64,000 bases of DNA from an uncultured Candidatus Saccharibacteria bacterium (GCA_964532425.1 CAZHIA010000001.1:201481-265480); one strand, 5' to 3'. Shown: positions 1 to 9,488, numbered from the stretch's first letter. Notes: generated by a model not told the origin, from the letters alone. Made by a program: numbers and translations.

Positions 1-159
1 ATACGTCGGGTTTTACGTTTTGAGTTCGTTAGCGTTCGTCTATCTCGCTTTTCATGCAGGACTGCTTGTGGAGCGCATGTTTAGTTTGCTCATGCATAGC
101 TTCAGCAAACTAAAACCGCCACAACTGTGGCGGAGGGGTATGGTAGCGGAACTGGAATC

Positions 160-702
160 TTAAATTTGGCGCTGCGTGTCTTGGCTGGTGATGCATATTG
201 CCTGCAGCGCGGAATTCCACTTGCGCAGGAAGGTCGGAAACGTAACGTAATCAGAATTACTGCCGCCGTAGTCGACGAGGTAATAACAGCCGGTGTTCTG
301 GATAAAATTTGACGGCTCAATGGCATGATGGTCCATGCCTTTCAGCTCCTGTTGGGCCTCCGCCGGAAGCTGTCCCATGAGGGTGTGCATAGTGCTTTCG
401 TCGGGCATAGAGCCCGGGATGCGCCGCTGGATATTGACGAGTCCGAGGCTGCACATAGTAGGAGCTAAAAACGGAGACCGAAGGCTGTTCCAGGTCTTCC
501 ATTCAGTCCGGTTTTCGTGAATGCCGCGCGTAAAGACTTTCCATCCCCACTTGAATTCTGGCGCAATAAAACGGCCGTCTCCTTTCCAGAGCATTCGGGG
601 AATATTGATAACGACCCCCCAAACACCCCTAAAACTGGGGAATTTGAGGACAATACCATCCAGCACAACGGTTGTCCGGCAGGAACCTTTTTTTATTTCC
701 AT
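160..702 (-). CDS. hypothetical protein (function not recognisable)
   Basis: 180-aa ORF in a short intergenic context. No diagnostic motif recognised. Confidence 0.4.
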   Translation of the reverse strand: MEIKKGSCRTTVVLDGIVLKFPSFRGVWGVVINIPRMLWKGDGRFIAPEFKWGWKVFTRGIHENRTEWKTWNSLRSPFLAPTMCSLGLVNIQRRIPGSMPDESTMHTLMGQLPAEAQQELKGMDHHAIEPSNFIQNTGCYYLVDYGGSNSDYVTFPTFLRKWNSALQAICITSQDTQRQI

Positions 703-785
703 GGCTTCGTAATTTCTAGTGGTAGTATTATACCATCCCAGGCCGGGTCTGACAATTTCTCACCTACGAACTCATAAAACTATTC

Positions 786-863
786 CTACGAACGTACGAA
801 CCGATCGAACTACGAAAAGCAGTCATTCGTAGTTCGCAATTTTCGTACGCTCGTAGGAAATGT
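786..863. repeat. nested inverted repeats built from TACGAAC units
   Basis: Outer 18-bp inverted repeat ttcctacgaacgtacgaa / ttcgtacgctcgtaggaa (1 mismatch). Inner 11-bp perfect inverted repeat cgaactacgaa / ttcgtagttcg. Confidence 0.8.
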
Positions 864-916
864 ATGTATTTGGATTGTTCGTGTGTTTCTTGTTGTGATT
901 TTTCAGGATGATCGCG

Positions 917-3289
917 TCAAAGGAATTTCAGGCTGGCGAGCGGGCTTGTCTGTATATCGTTCGCCATCAGGTAATAAATTTTTCCGTTATGAAGTATGGC
1001 CATGCCATGTTGCCCCGCTGCTGTCGAAAAGTTGATGGCCGGGTCGCTCTGAAAACTGCCCGCGGATGACGCGGTTACGCTCGGGCTGCCTGCTAGTTGG
1101 GTTGCGACTGTTTCAATAGTACCGTCCGGATAAGGGAATACTTCCACACTGGCCCGTTGGCCGGTGCGACTGGTCAGGACTACGGTGCTGCCTTGGCTGG
1201 AAGCCTGCCAGTCCGGAGACAGCAACAGCTCAAATCCGGCACTCGGATCCTGGTATACTTCGGCAGTTGACGGAGCAGTTGGAGACGCCGTTCGAGTGTC
1301 CGGTTGGGGACCTTGTTGTGGTGCCGCTTCAGGGATGGTCGCGGTAGAAGGGGTTGTGGTAGAAGTAACCGCGCCTGCCGGCGCCGGGTTGTCAGGGATA
1401 AGATTTACCTGGCTTTGCCCCGTGGGGGAGCCGGCGAGGGCTGTATTACTGAGGCCGGTGGCAATGGTGGCTTTTGAACTCTTCTGCAATAGGAGCACCG
1501 CTCCTGCAATGCCTATTGCGGCAAGCAGTGCCGAGGAGGCGATCTTCAGCCTGCTATGGGGAGCTGCGTCTAATTGTGGTTCCTGTTCGTGTCCGTGCGC
1601 ATGGATATCGGTGACCGGCAGGTAGAAGGATGCAATGAGCCCCAAAAAAATAAACAAAGCGGCGTAAATGAATCCGTCTTTGGCGGCGTTTGTTGAAGCT
1701 TGCTTGGCAAGTTCGCCGATCTCTTGTGATATAACGGGCGGCGTATTTTGCGGTGCGACCCCGCTGGAGCCGAACTCGACATTATTTTGAGGATCACTGA
1801 CGCTTTTGATAATCCCCGGTTTAGCCTGGTCAGGCAGCACCGGGCTATTTTGCACGCCCCGTGAAAGGCCACTCACCAGCGAGGTGAGGACGGCGGCGCC
1901 GATGATGGCAGCACCGAGGCTGGACCCGACCTGCCGGAGCGTATTGTTGACACCGCTGGCCTCACCGGCTTCGCGCGGTGGAACGGATGACAGAGTTAGG
2001 TTGGAGATGGGAGCCATGACCATGCCCATGCCAACGCCAAAAAGGATGAGGCCGGGAATGAGGTGGTTGGCCGTTGCATCGGTGCGAACCAGAGTACGCA
2101 GCAGAAAGAGCGCACAGACCTCAACCAGCAGGCCGGCCTGTATAAGGTACTTCGGAGAAATTTTGCGCTGCAGTACGCCGGTCAGCGGCGCCATGACCAG
2201 GATGGTGGCTGACATGGGCAGCAGGGCCAGGCCAGTATGGAAGGCATCCAGCTGGCGTACGGACTGCAACCACACCGGTAATGCAAAGACCAGTCCGGTC
2301 ATACCGAGCGTCATGATGGCAACGGTAATGGAACCGGAAGTGAATTGTGAGTTTTGGAATAAATGGAGGGAGACCAGTGGTGTTTTGCCGGCAGCCTCGC
2401 GCCGTTTTTGCCACCATACGAATAGTCCCAAAAAGAGAAAACCGAGAATCATGGCGAAGGGGACTATGGAAAGGCCGCCTAAATGCAACTGATGTCCAAA
2501 CAGAGAAAATGTGTCTTTTGCCTTCCACCAGCCATACGTTTCAGATTCAATAATCCCAAAGACAATGCCGAGCAGTCCGATGGCAGACAGGGCAACGCCG
2601 CCCCAGTCAATCTGTGGTTTGCGCTCATCTTTTGATTCGGCCAGGAGCAGGAGCGAACCGAGTATGAGTACGGCCGCCACGAAGACGTTAATGCGGAACC
2701 CCCATCGCCAGCTGTAATGAGTCGTGAGGTATCCTCCCAACAGCGGGCCGATTGCTGAGCTCGCCCCGGCCACCCCACCCCAGATGCCGAAAGCTTTGGC
2801 GCGGTCCGCGCCTTTGAAGTTTGCTACGACGAGCGAAGCAGTCGCAGGCATCATCAGTGCGGCGCCGATACCCTCAATGACGGATTCTCCGATGATCATG
2901 GTGCCGACACGGTTGCTGATGGAAGCCAAAAAAGAGCCTACAGCAAAAATTCCGGCGCCGACCATGAACATGCGCTTGCGGCCGAACAGGTCACCAAACC
3001 GCCCGCCGGTAATTGTGAAAGCGGCAAGAATGAGTGAATAAGCCGTAATGACCCACTGCAGACTTTGTAAGTCGGTATGCAAGTCTTGGATCAGGGTCGA
3101 TAATGATACGTTGAGCAGCGTGGAGTCAATGATGATAATGGCAAGACCTAAAGAAAGCACGACCAGACCACCCCATTTGCGGAAAAAGGACTGGTGCTGG
3201 AGGGGGGTGGATCCAGGCTGAGTTTGGGCTCCTTTAGCTTCGGCTTGTTCTTGGTCTTCTCTGGTGGTTGGAATCGCGATTTCTGACAT
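917..3289 (-). CDS. MFS transporter, DHA2/EmrB-like (14 TMS) with long Ser/Thr/Pro-rich C-terminal extracytoplasmic extension
   Basis: N-terminal motifs GxLxDRxGRKxxL-like (GGRFGDLFGRKRMF) and multiple TM helices. About 250 aa of low-complexity TTPSTAT linker plus a folded C-terminal domain follow the last TM. Confidence 0.85.
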   Translation of the reverse strand: MSEIAIPTTREDQEQAEAKGAQTQPGSTPLQHQSFFRKWGGLVVLSLGLAIIIIDSTLLNVSLSTLIQDLHTDLQSLQWVITAYSLILAAFTITGGRFGDLFGRKRMFMVGAGIFAVGSFLASISNRVGTMIIGESVIEGIGAALMMPATASLVVANFKGADRAKAFGIWGGVAGASSAIGPLLGGYLTTHYSWRWGFRINVFVAAVLILGSLLLLAESKDERKPQIDWGGVALSAIGLLGIVFGIIESETYGWWKAKDTFSLFGHQLHLGGLSIVPFAMILGFLFLGLFVWWQKRREAAGKTPLVSLHLFQNSQFTSGSITVAIMTLGMTGLVFALPVWLQSVRQLDAFHTGLALLPMSATILVMAPLTGVLQRKISPKYLIQAGLLVEVCALFLLRTLVRTDATANHLIPGLILFGVGMGMVMAPISNLTLSSVPPREAGEASGVNNTLRQVGSSLGAAIIGAAVLTSLVSGLSRGVQNSPVLPDQAKPGIIKSVSDPQNNVEFGSSGVAPQNTPPVISQEIGELAKQASTNAAKDGFIYAALFIFLGLIASFYLPVTDIHAHGHEQEPQLDAAPHSRLKIASSALLAAIGIAGAVLLLQKSSKATIATGLSNTALAGSPTGQSQVNLIPDNPAPAGAVTSTTTPSTATIPEAAPQQGPQPDTRTASPTAPSTAEVYQDPSAGFELLLSPDWQASSQGSTVVLTSRTGQRASVEVFPYPDGTIETVATQLAGSPSVTASSAGSFQSDPAINFSTAAGQHGMAILHNGKIYYLMANDIQTSPLASLKFL

Positions 3290-3519
3290 ACGTAAAGAAA
3301 TGGTTTAATTTGAAAATGGGCAGTTGCTGTGACTGTCTTTCGTAGAGAGGCGCGCAGCCTCTGGTCCATGAGGGGTTTCTAATGAAAAGGCTTGGCCGAG
3401 TCAGGCCGTCTCTTATTAAGACGGACTGGCGGAGTCAAGTCTTGCTCGCGGTACGCACAAAGTGTATTGATTGTATCAAAATCCTTGTCGGGTATCAAAT
3501 CGGCGCTTGGAAGCAGACC

Positions 3520-3690
3520 GCTTCTCAAATTCCAAATCACAAGCATCAAATACCAAATAAATTCCAATACCCAATATTCAAGGCCTGCAGGATTTAGAAT
3601 TTGAAATTTGAATTTTATTTGATTTTTGGGATTTGGAACTTGGTGCTTTAACGGGTGGGCGTCTCCTGCCTGCCGGCAGGCAGGGTCAGT
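3520..3690. repeat. AT-rich CCAAAT/ATTTGG inverted-repeat element ending in GC palindrome CCTGCCTGCCGGCAGGCAGG (copy A)
   Basis: Imperfect long inverted arms around a CCTGCAGG centre, plus a 20-bp GC palindrome at 3665-3684. A related element lies at 24730-24870. Confidence 0.7.
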
Positions 3691-3764
3691 GTTCCCTACA
3701 CTACATGGTGAATGGGTGAGTGAATCATCCCTCAACTGAATCTCATATGTTATACTACTAATGT

Positions 3765-4865
3765 ATGCCAAAACGATTTTTATTTTTTATAGCAATTGCC
3801 CAATTGCTTATTATTTTGTTCCACTGGTTATTTTACCAAGCGTTCCTGCTTTTGTTCCCGTCGTTGCAGCCTCATCACCTCGGGGTTGCGTGGGCACTGG
3901 GAGTGTTGTCGGTCAGCTTCTTGTATTTTTCGGTCGTTGATTTTAATTCTGAGAATATCGTGGCTCGGGTCGGTTATATTGTAGCCGCGGCTTGGATGCC
4001 CGTATTCTTTTATTTATTTTTAGCCTCCGTCCTCTCCCTCTGCATATACCTGTTTTCTCGCGAGGTGAGTCTGATAGCAGCCCCGATTTTGTACGCTGCT
4101 GCCGTGGTATTGTCTGTGTACGGATTGGTGAACGCGCGTATGATCCGGATCACGAAAGTCAGGGTGCCGCTGCCGAATCTGCCCGCCTACTGGCACGGCA
4201 AGACAGCCGTAATGCTGTCCGATCTGCACCTTGGCCATGTGCTGCGTGAGGGGTACGCGCGCAAACTGGTTGCCCGCGTCAACGCGCTGCACCCTGACAT
4301 CGTCTTCATCCCGGGAGATTTTTTTGACGGGGTTCATACGACATTCAAAGAGTTGGCGGAATTGTTTAAAGGCATCGCTGCGCCGCATGGCATCTATTAT
4401 GTCAGCGGTAATCACGAGCAGATCGCCGGCATGAGAGTTTGTGAGAATGCTTTGGAAGAGACCGGAATTCGGGTGCTCGACGATCAAAAGGTGGAGGTAG
4501 AGGGTCTGCAGATAGTCGGCACTGCGTATCATACGGGCGAAACTGCGGAGAGCTTGCGGCAGATTTTTTCTGCAATGGGAATTGCGCGGGAGAAGCCATC
4601 CGTGTACTTGAAACATATTCCCGACCATTTGGATGCGGCAGCTGACGCCGGCCTGGATTTGCAGCTGTCGGGACACACCCATTTGGGGCAGATTTGGCCA
4701 TTCCGTTTCGTAACCCGCCGCTTGTTCGGCCAATTCGATTATGGCCTGCATTATTTTAAAGACATGGCTGTGTATACCTCAAGCGGCGTCGGAACTTGGG
4801 GACCGCCGATGCGGGTCTTTACCCGCTCAGAGATAGTCTCACTCACATTTATCAACAGGTCATAA
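3765..4865 (+). CDS. membrane-anchored calcineurin-like metallophosphoesterase (YkuE-like)
   Basis: N-terminal TM helices followed by the motifs LSDLHLGH, GDFFDG, GNHE and GHTH. Confidence 0.85.
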   Translation: MPKRFLFFIAIAQLLIILFHWLFYQAFLLLFPSLQPHHLGVAWALGVLSVSFLYFSVVDFNSENIVARVGYIVAAAWMPVFFYLFLASVLSLCIYLFSREVSLIAAPILYAAAVVLSVYGLVNARMIRITKVRVPLPNLPAYWHGKTAVMLSDLHLGHVLREGYARKLVARVNALHPDIVFIPGDFFDGVHTTFKELAELFKGIAAPHGIYYVSGNHEQIAGMRVCENALEETGIRVLDDQKVEVEGLQIVGTAYHTGETAESLRQIFSAMGIAREKPSVYLKHIPDHLDAAADAGLDLQLSGHTHLGQIWPFRFVTRRLFGQFDYGLHYFKDMAVYTSSGVGTWGPPMRVFTRSEIVSLTFINRS

Positions 4866-5048
4866 TATATCGAAACTACGAATTCTGCCTCCGCCAGTTG
4901 GCGGATGGCAGGACGAATTTCCGAAGAACTACGAATGCAGGCATTAATAGATTCGATGTATTTAATCAGTTCAGCATTTATAAAATACCCATTCGGATGA
5001 ATGGGTATTAATTTTGGCTGGCTTTTCGGCATGGCCCTGTTTTGCGCA

Positions 5049-5366
5049 TTACGCAGCTGGAGGAAACTCTCTCCGGAGGCGTGATGGCAGTTTGGAGGCG
5101 CGCATGGCAGCGCGGATCGTTTCTCCGTCTGGCGTCAGACGCAGCTTGCCGCGGAGCAAGTTTCTGCGCGCCAGTTCAGGCTCAGGGTCTGCCGGGGGAT
5201 TCACCGCCGTGACAAGGCCGTGGTCGATCAGTTCTCCGAGGTACGAGATGAGCAGGGTACTGCTGAGTTCTTCGCCGCTTTCCTCTTCGATGCGCTCGAG
5301 CAGGCGAACGAGCGTCGTGTCGGCAGAGTGGGGGAAAAACGCAAGCAAGCGACGGGCATCGAGCAT
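5049..5366 (-). CDS. small hypothetical protein, possible wHTH regulator
   Basis: Good SD (AGGAGG, 9 nt from the ATG) and an extended -10 (TGgTATACT) upstream, with a palindrome at the promoter. Weak helix-turn-helix-like pattern. Confidence 0.45.
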   Translation of the reverse strand: MLDARRLLAFFPHSADTTLVRLLERIEEESGEELSSTLLISYLGELIDHGLVTAVNPPADPEPELARRNLLRGKLRLTPDGETIRAAMRASKLPSRLRREFPPAA

Positions 5367-5440
5367 ACTATAGAAACCTCCTGTGTGTACTACCCATAGT
5401 ATACCATTTTTATGGTTGGCGGTTTATCTACATTAAACAC

Positions 5441-5476
5441 ACTGTCCAACCAAACACAGGACAGTGTGTTTTTTGT
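5441..5476. promoter_or_regulatory. palindrome ACACACTGTCC-N13-GGACAGTGTGT at the promoter of 5049..5366 (operator or plus-strand terminator)
   Basis: Perfect 11-bp arms followed by a T-run on the plus strand. It overlaps the -35 region of the minus-strand gene. Confidence 0.55.
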
Positions 5477-5799
5477 AGCGTTAGCTACCCTGCGGACGGC
5501 CGCCGCCATGGGAGGCCCGGCCTCCAGCCTGGGCTACACGGCGCCTCGTTTCTTTGTCAGCCGAGGCGAGTCCGCGCTTGCTTTTTCCACGTGCCATAGT
5601 CTCCACCCCCTTCCTGAGCTCTGTTACCTAAGCTGAGCCGTATAACAGAATTAGTGCTTAAGTTACTGGATATTTTTTGCTCCGAATATGTAATATCGCA
5701 TATGAATCGATTAGTGAAGTCAACCGGCTGCAAAGCCGTATATAATAGCTAACGGCAGAAGCTCGCAATGGTTACAAGTATTCGATAATTAAAATCCCT

Positions 5800-5825
5800 C
5801 ACGCAAGAGGGATTTTTTGGTGAAA
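5800..5825. terminator. bidirectional terminator after the SdpI-like gene
   Basis: aaaatccctcacgcaagagggatttttt. Confidence 0.8.
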
Positions 5826-5840
5826 GACAGCAGCTGCGAT

Positions 5841-6491
5841 TTACGCTTTGGGAATCTTCCGGTAAATAAAGTATGAGTATGCGGTGGTTGCCAGGGCAAA
5901 GGCCAGCACGGCACCCATGGTGAGCAGGAAAGCGGCTTTACCCGGAATAAGCGGAGCTGCTAGCATGAGCAGGCCGCAGGCTACCATCAGATACCCACCC
6001 ATCCGGTGTGTCTTGTTCCAGACATCCTCCGATGACATAGTCCACGGCGTGCGGATGCCGATAAACCAGTTCCGTTTGATCTTACCCATAGAGTTCCCGA
6101 GAATAATGAACAGCAGGCCAATGAGCAGCGGGGTAAGGGTGGCAATGTTTACAGAAAAGCCTAGATTGTACATGCCGCTTGCAATAAAGAGCAGGAGTAA
6201 CATGCCCAGAATTGCAGCTTTGAATACATGATAGACGGACGCGAAGCTTTCATACCGCTGCCGTCGCGGGTCCACAAGAGGGAGGAGCAGGAACAATGCG
6301 TACATGCCGGACAGCAGCGCTGGCAGGAAGAATGCGCCACCTGCGCGGCCCATGTACCCATTCACGCGTCCGTTGGCATCCCAGTGCGTTGCCACCAGCG
6401 CGGGGAAGTGGCGGTAGAAGTAAAAACCGAGCGCCCAGGCAGCTGCCAGCAGCAGCAGGGGAAGCCATTCTGTTTTAAGCGAAAATTTCAT
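5841..6491 (-). CDS. SdpI/YhfL-family membrane protein (DUF1648 + SdpI domain)
   Basis: Six predicted TM helices and a conserved GIRTPWTMSSEDVWNKTH motif typical of the SdpI family. It lies in an operon arrangement with the ArsR gene. Confidence 0.7.
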   Translation of the reverse strand: MKFSLKTEWLPLLLLAAAWALGFYFYRHFPALVATHWDANGRVNGYMGRAGGAFFLPALLSGMYALFLLLPLVDPRRQRYESFASVYHVFKAAILGMLLLLFIASGMYNLGFSVNIATLTPLLIGLLFIILGNSMGKIKRNWFIGIRTPWTMSSEDVWNKTHRMGGYLMVACGLLMLAAPLIPGKAAFLLTMGAVLAFALATTAYSYFIYRKIPKA

Positions 6492-6506
6492 AGTTGTGCC
6501 TTTGAA

Positions 6507-6779
6507 TTATTTTTTAGGATGGATGAATTTTAATATCTGTTCTGCCAGTTCTTCCAACACGCTCAGATTGAGCGAATAAAGAATCTGTTGCCCTCGCCTT
6601 CTTCCGGAAACCAGGCCGGCCCGTTTGAGGATGTCCAGGTGGTGTGACAGGGTTGGCATGGTGACAGGCAAATGCCGGGCAATTTCCGAAACAGCCATCT
6701 CTTTCTTCTTGAGCAGGTCAAGGACTGTTCGGCGGTTCGGATCGGAAAGCGCGGCAAAGGTTTCTGACAGTGGAGCCAT
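6507..6779 (-). CDS. ArsR/SmtB-family transcriptional regulator (SdpR-like)
   Basis: HTH with ELxVxELA....Q.TVSHHL-like pattern (MAVSEIARHLPVTMPTLSHHLDILKRAGLV). It sits directly upstream of the SdpI-like gene. Confidence 0.85.
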   Translation of the reverse strand: MAPLSETFAALSDPNRRTVLDLLKKKEMAVSEIARHLPVTMPTLSHHLDILKRAGLVSGRRRGQQILYSLNLSVLEELAEQILKFIHPKK

Positions 6780-7407
6780 GGGATAAATTAGATAATTAGA
6801 TATGTATCTAAATAATAGGACAGGCTAGCAAAAGTGTCAAGCGCGAAATCCGTAACCTAACAGGGAATTAATTTTGTTTGGCTCATTAGTCTGGCCTTTA
6901 GAAATATTTCGCATAATTTAAGGAGCAAGATGTGGAAATAGTCTTGTTACTGCCAATGAGGAGGCTCGTCGATTATTTGGCGGCATCCAATGATGCGTGC
7001 ACAATGTAAATTCCCTTGAGAATGCAGGACTCTACGGGGTATTACCCCGGAGTCTGCAGTGCACAGTCACTATCAGTAATCGCCGGAAAGGAGGTGGATG
7101 GCCATGGCAGGAAATAAAGGTCAGGGAAGAGGCTGGCATGGAGATAGCGAAGGCCATGCGGAGGCTGGCAGCCAGTCGCACAAGAATGACTGACATATGC
7201 GCAGGCAGGCCGCTGTGAGTTTTTACAATTTGGCAGGCTCTTTGAGCCACGGCGGGAGATGTCCGCCTCTACTTTTTGAAATGAAAAGCTGGGGCGGATT
7301 TCGTTTTGCTTTCGCGCGCCGGGTCGGCATCGCGGCGATTGAGTACAGCGGGCTTTTTCGGCTATACTATGGTATGGGTGTATATAACTATTTGAACGCA
7401 TTACCGT

Positions 7408-7854
7408 ATGTCAACACAACAATCTTACAATTTTTCAGATCCCGAAATTGAACAGTTACAGCATTTGCGGACCGGTTTTTTGGTTTTGCACAAAGTTCTC
7501 CTTGAATACCAGCGCAAGCAGTATGAGCGGCAGGTTGGGCGCGTGCTCAGCAAAGGCGAGCTATTCAAGCTCGTGGTTGGTGATCCTGCGTTTGGGTGGC
7601 TGCATCCGCTTTCGGAGTTCCTTGTCAGCATAGATACCGTGCTTGACGGAAAATCCCAAGCATCAGACATGAGCCTGTCCGACCTGTTCGGTTATGCGCG
7701 CAAGTTGATCGAGCCGGCCCAGGGAGGCAGCGAATTCCAGCAGAAATATTTTCAAGCAATCCAGGCTGACCCTACCGTTGCGTTGGCCCATGCGAAAGTG
7801 AAAGCGATTGCGGGGGCAGATGAAAAGCATGAAGGGAGCCACGCGGCAGTGTGA
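7408..7854 (+). CDS. hypothetical protein
   Basis: 148-aa ORF with an upstream TATACT/TATATAACT promoter-like region. Confidence 0.5.
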   Translation: MSTQQSYNFSDPEIEQLQHLRTGFLVLHKVLLEYQRKQYERQVGRVLSKGELFKLVVGDPAFGWLHPLSEFLVSIDTVLDGKSQASDMSLSDLFGYARKLIEPAQGGSEFQQKYFQAIQADPTVALAHAKVKAIAGADEKHEGSHAAV

Positions 7855-8008
7855 CCGCCAGTCTTTCCATATACGGCTGCGGCCCCGGCAACTTTCAGAT
7901 TCGGTATCGTACTTTACTCCCGGCGTTTTATCTGCGAGTAGCTGGGGTAATACTGCCAATGTTTGTACGTCTACATACGTGTGCAGTAAGAAATCCTATA
8001 CAACACAC

Positions 8009-8275
8009 ATGCCAACATTGACTGATCATGAGCGGATACGCGCATGGGCCCAGGAGCGGGATGCTCATCCTGCCATAGTCGAGGGAACCGAATCGGCCAA
8101 AGGCGAAGGCGTATTGAGATTCGATTTCGGCGACCCGAATGACAACCTTCGCCGTATCGACTGGGATGAGTTTTTCCAAATTTTTGATGAGCATGGCCTG
8201 ACTCTGCTCTATGATGAGGATGCAGAAAGCCGGTTCCATAAGTTCGTCTATCCGGAGCATGCGCACCGTGCATAA
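8009..8275 (+). CDS. small conserved hypothetical protein
   Basis: Internal ATG (MPTLTDHERIRAW...) of the 7808..8275 frame. Compact acidic domain with a WDEFF motif. Confidence 0.5.
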   Translation: MPTLTDHERIRAWAQERDAHPAIVEGTESAKGEGVLRFDFGDPNDNLRRIDWDEFFQIFDEHGLTLLYDEDAESRFHKFVYPEHAHRA

Positions 8276-8362
8276 TGAGCAGGAATTGTTCCAGCCTTCC
8301 CTTGAAGGCTGGTTTGTCTTTAGAGAGGAACATGAGTCAATGCAGGATAAACAGGAGGAACT

Positions 8363-9340
8363 ATGACAAGATTTTCCATGGGAGCGGTGGAGTGGTTTCC
8401 TTTTGAGGACCGCACACATGTCGCTACCGTTCTCGATCTCATAAAAGAGGCCGGAATTCCCAGCCTGAGGACATGTATTTCCTGGGCCGATGCTACCCGC
8501 GCAGGCGCGGACCGCTGGTTCGATTTTCTTTTGAACGAATTGGACCGGGCTGATATCGAGGTTATCCCGAACTTCTTTTACACGCCGCCGAGCCTGGCGC
8601 GCACCGCGCCGGATATGCCGGAAGGGAAAACTTCCTTTCCACCAAAGCGGCTTGAGGCCTACGCGGATTTTGTCGGATCGGTTATCGAGCGGCATGGCCA
8701 CCGGTTCGAATGGGTCATGCTCTGGAACGAGCCGGATAACGATGCATACTGGAATTGGAAACTTGACCCTGACAAACGGTTGTTCGCACAAATGTTCAAT
8801 TGCGCCGCCGACCGTGCTGTTGCGCTTGGTAAACGCGTTGTCCTTTCGGCCTGGGGCATTAAGGACGCCCAATGGCTCCAGCTCATGCACCGGCACGGCT
8901 GCCTGCAGCGTTCGCAGGCCGTGGGCGTGCATTGTTTCCCCGGTACCTGGGAGGACATCTGGTACGATTGGCCTGCGGCCTTGGGTACGTTTCGGGCAAT
9001 CCTTAAAGGACTCGGCTCGCCTGCTCAACTGTGGGCTACAGAAATCGGTTTCAGCACATGGGGAAGCGACGGCGATCGTCAGGCGCGCGAGAACGAACAG
9101 GTTCGGGTCTTTGACGAAGCCAACCGCGCGCTGGCCGAGGGGTTGGCTGACCGCATGTATTGGTATTCGGTCATGGACCAGCATATGGACACATTGACCG
9201 ACAATGCCTTAAACCAGGAAGGGAAGACTGCCGACATTAAGGCTTACCACTTCGGATTGGTAGAACGTTCCGGCCGCCGTAAACCGCTGTTTCTCCATTG
9301 GAAAGACTTAAATACACGGCTGGCAGACAAAGCTGCATAA
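8363..9340 (+). CDS. glycoside hydrolase, clan GH-A TIM barrel (GH5/GH39-like)
   Basis: LWNEPD motif (acid/base Glu in NEP) and ATEIGF motif (nucleophile Glu), as in GH-A retaining glycosidases. Confidence 0.65.
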   Translation: MTRFSMGAVEWFPFEDRTHVATVLDLIKEAGIPSLRTCISWADATRAGADRWFDFLLNELDRADIEVIPNFFYTPPSLARTAPDMPEGKTSFPPKRLEAYADFVGSVIERHGHRFEWVMLWNEPDNDAYWNWKLDPDKRLFAQMFNCAADRAVALGKRVVLSAWGIKDAQWLQLMHRHGCLQRSQAVGVHCFPGTWEDIWYDWPAALGTFRAILKGLGSPAQLWATEIGFSTWGSDGDRQARENEQVRVFDEANRALAEGLADRMYWYSVMDQHMDTLTDNALNQEGKTADIKAYHFGLVERSGRRKPLFLHWKDLNTRLADKAA

Positions 9341-9488
9341 GTCAATAATACCGCCTCGATGCACATCGAGGCGGTCTTTTATGATGAGAGGTTTGACTTG
9401 AGCTTTGAGCTCAAGCGTTTCTCGGCCATACGAGTCAAAACCCCGGCTGTACAGCCGGGGTTTTGGTCTTGTGTACTCGTGATCAGTA

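Noticed and set aside
1164-2492. Plus-strand ORFs of 153-228 aa inside the MFS transporter gene
   Set aside because: Antisense to a well-supported 14-TM transporter. Their composition (Arg/Ala/Pro/Ser runs) is typical of non-coding frames.
4020-4751. 243-aa minus-strand ORF
   Set aside because: Antisense to the metallophosphoesterase, whose GDFFDG/GNHE motifs define the true frame.
7928-9184. 418-aa ORF on the minus strand
   Set aside because: It is fully antisense to the glycoside hydrolase gene (8363..9340), which has clear catalytic motifs. The minus frame is Arg/Pro/Cys-rich, as is typical of spurious ORFs in GC-rich antisense.
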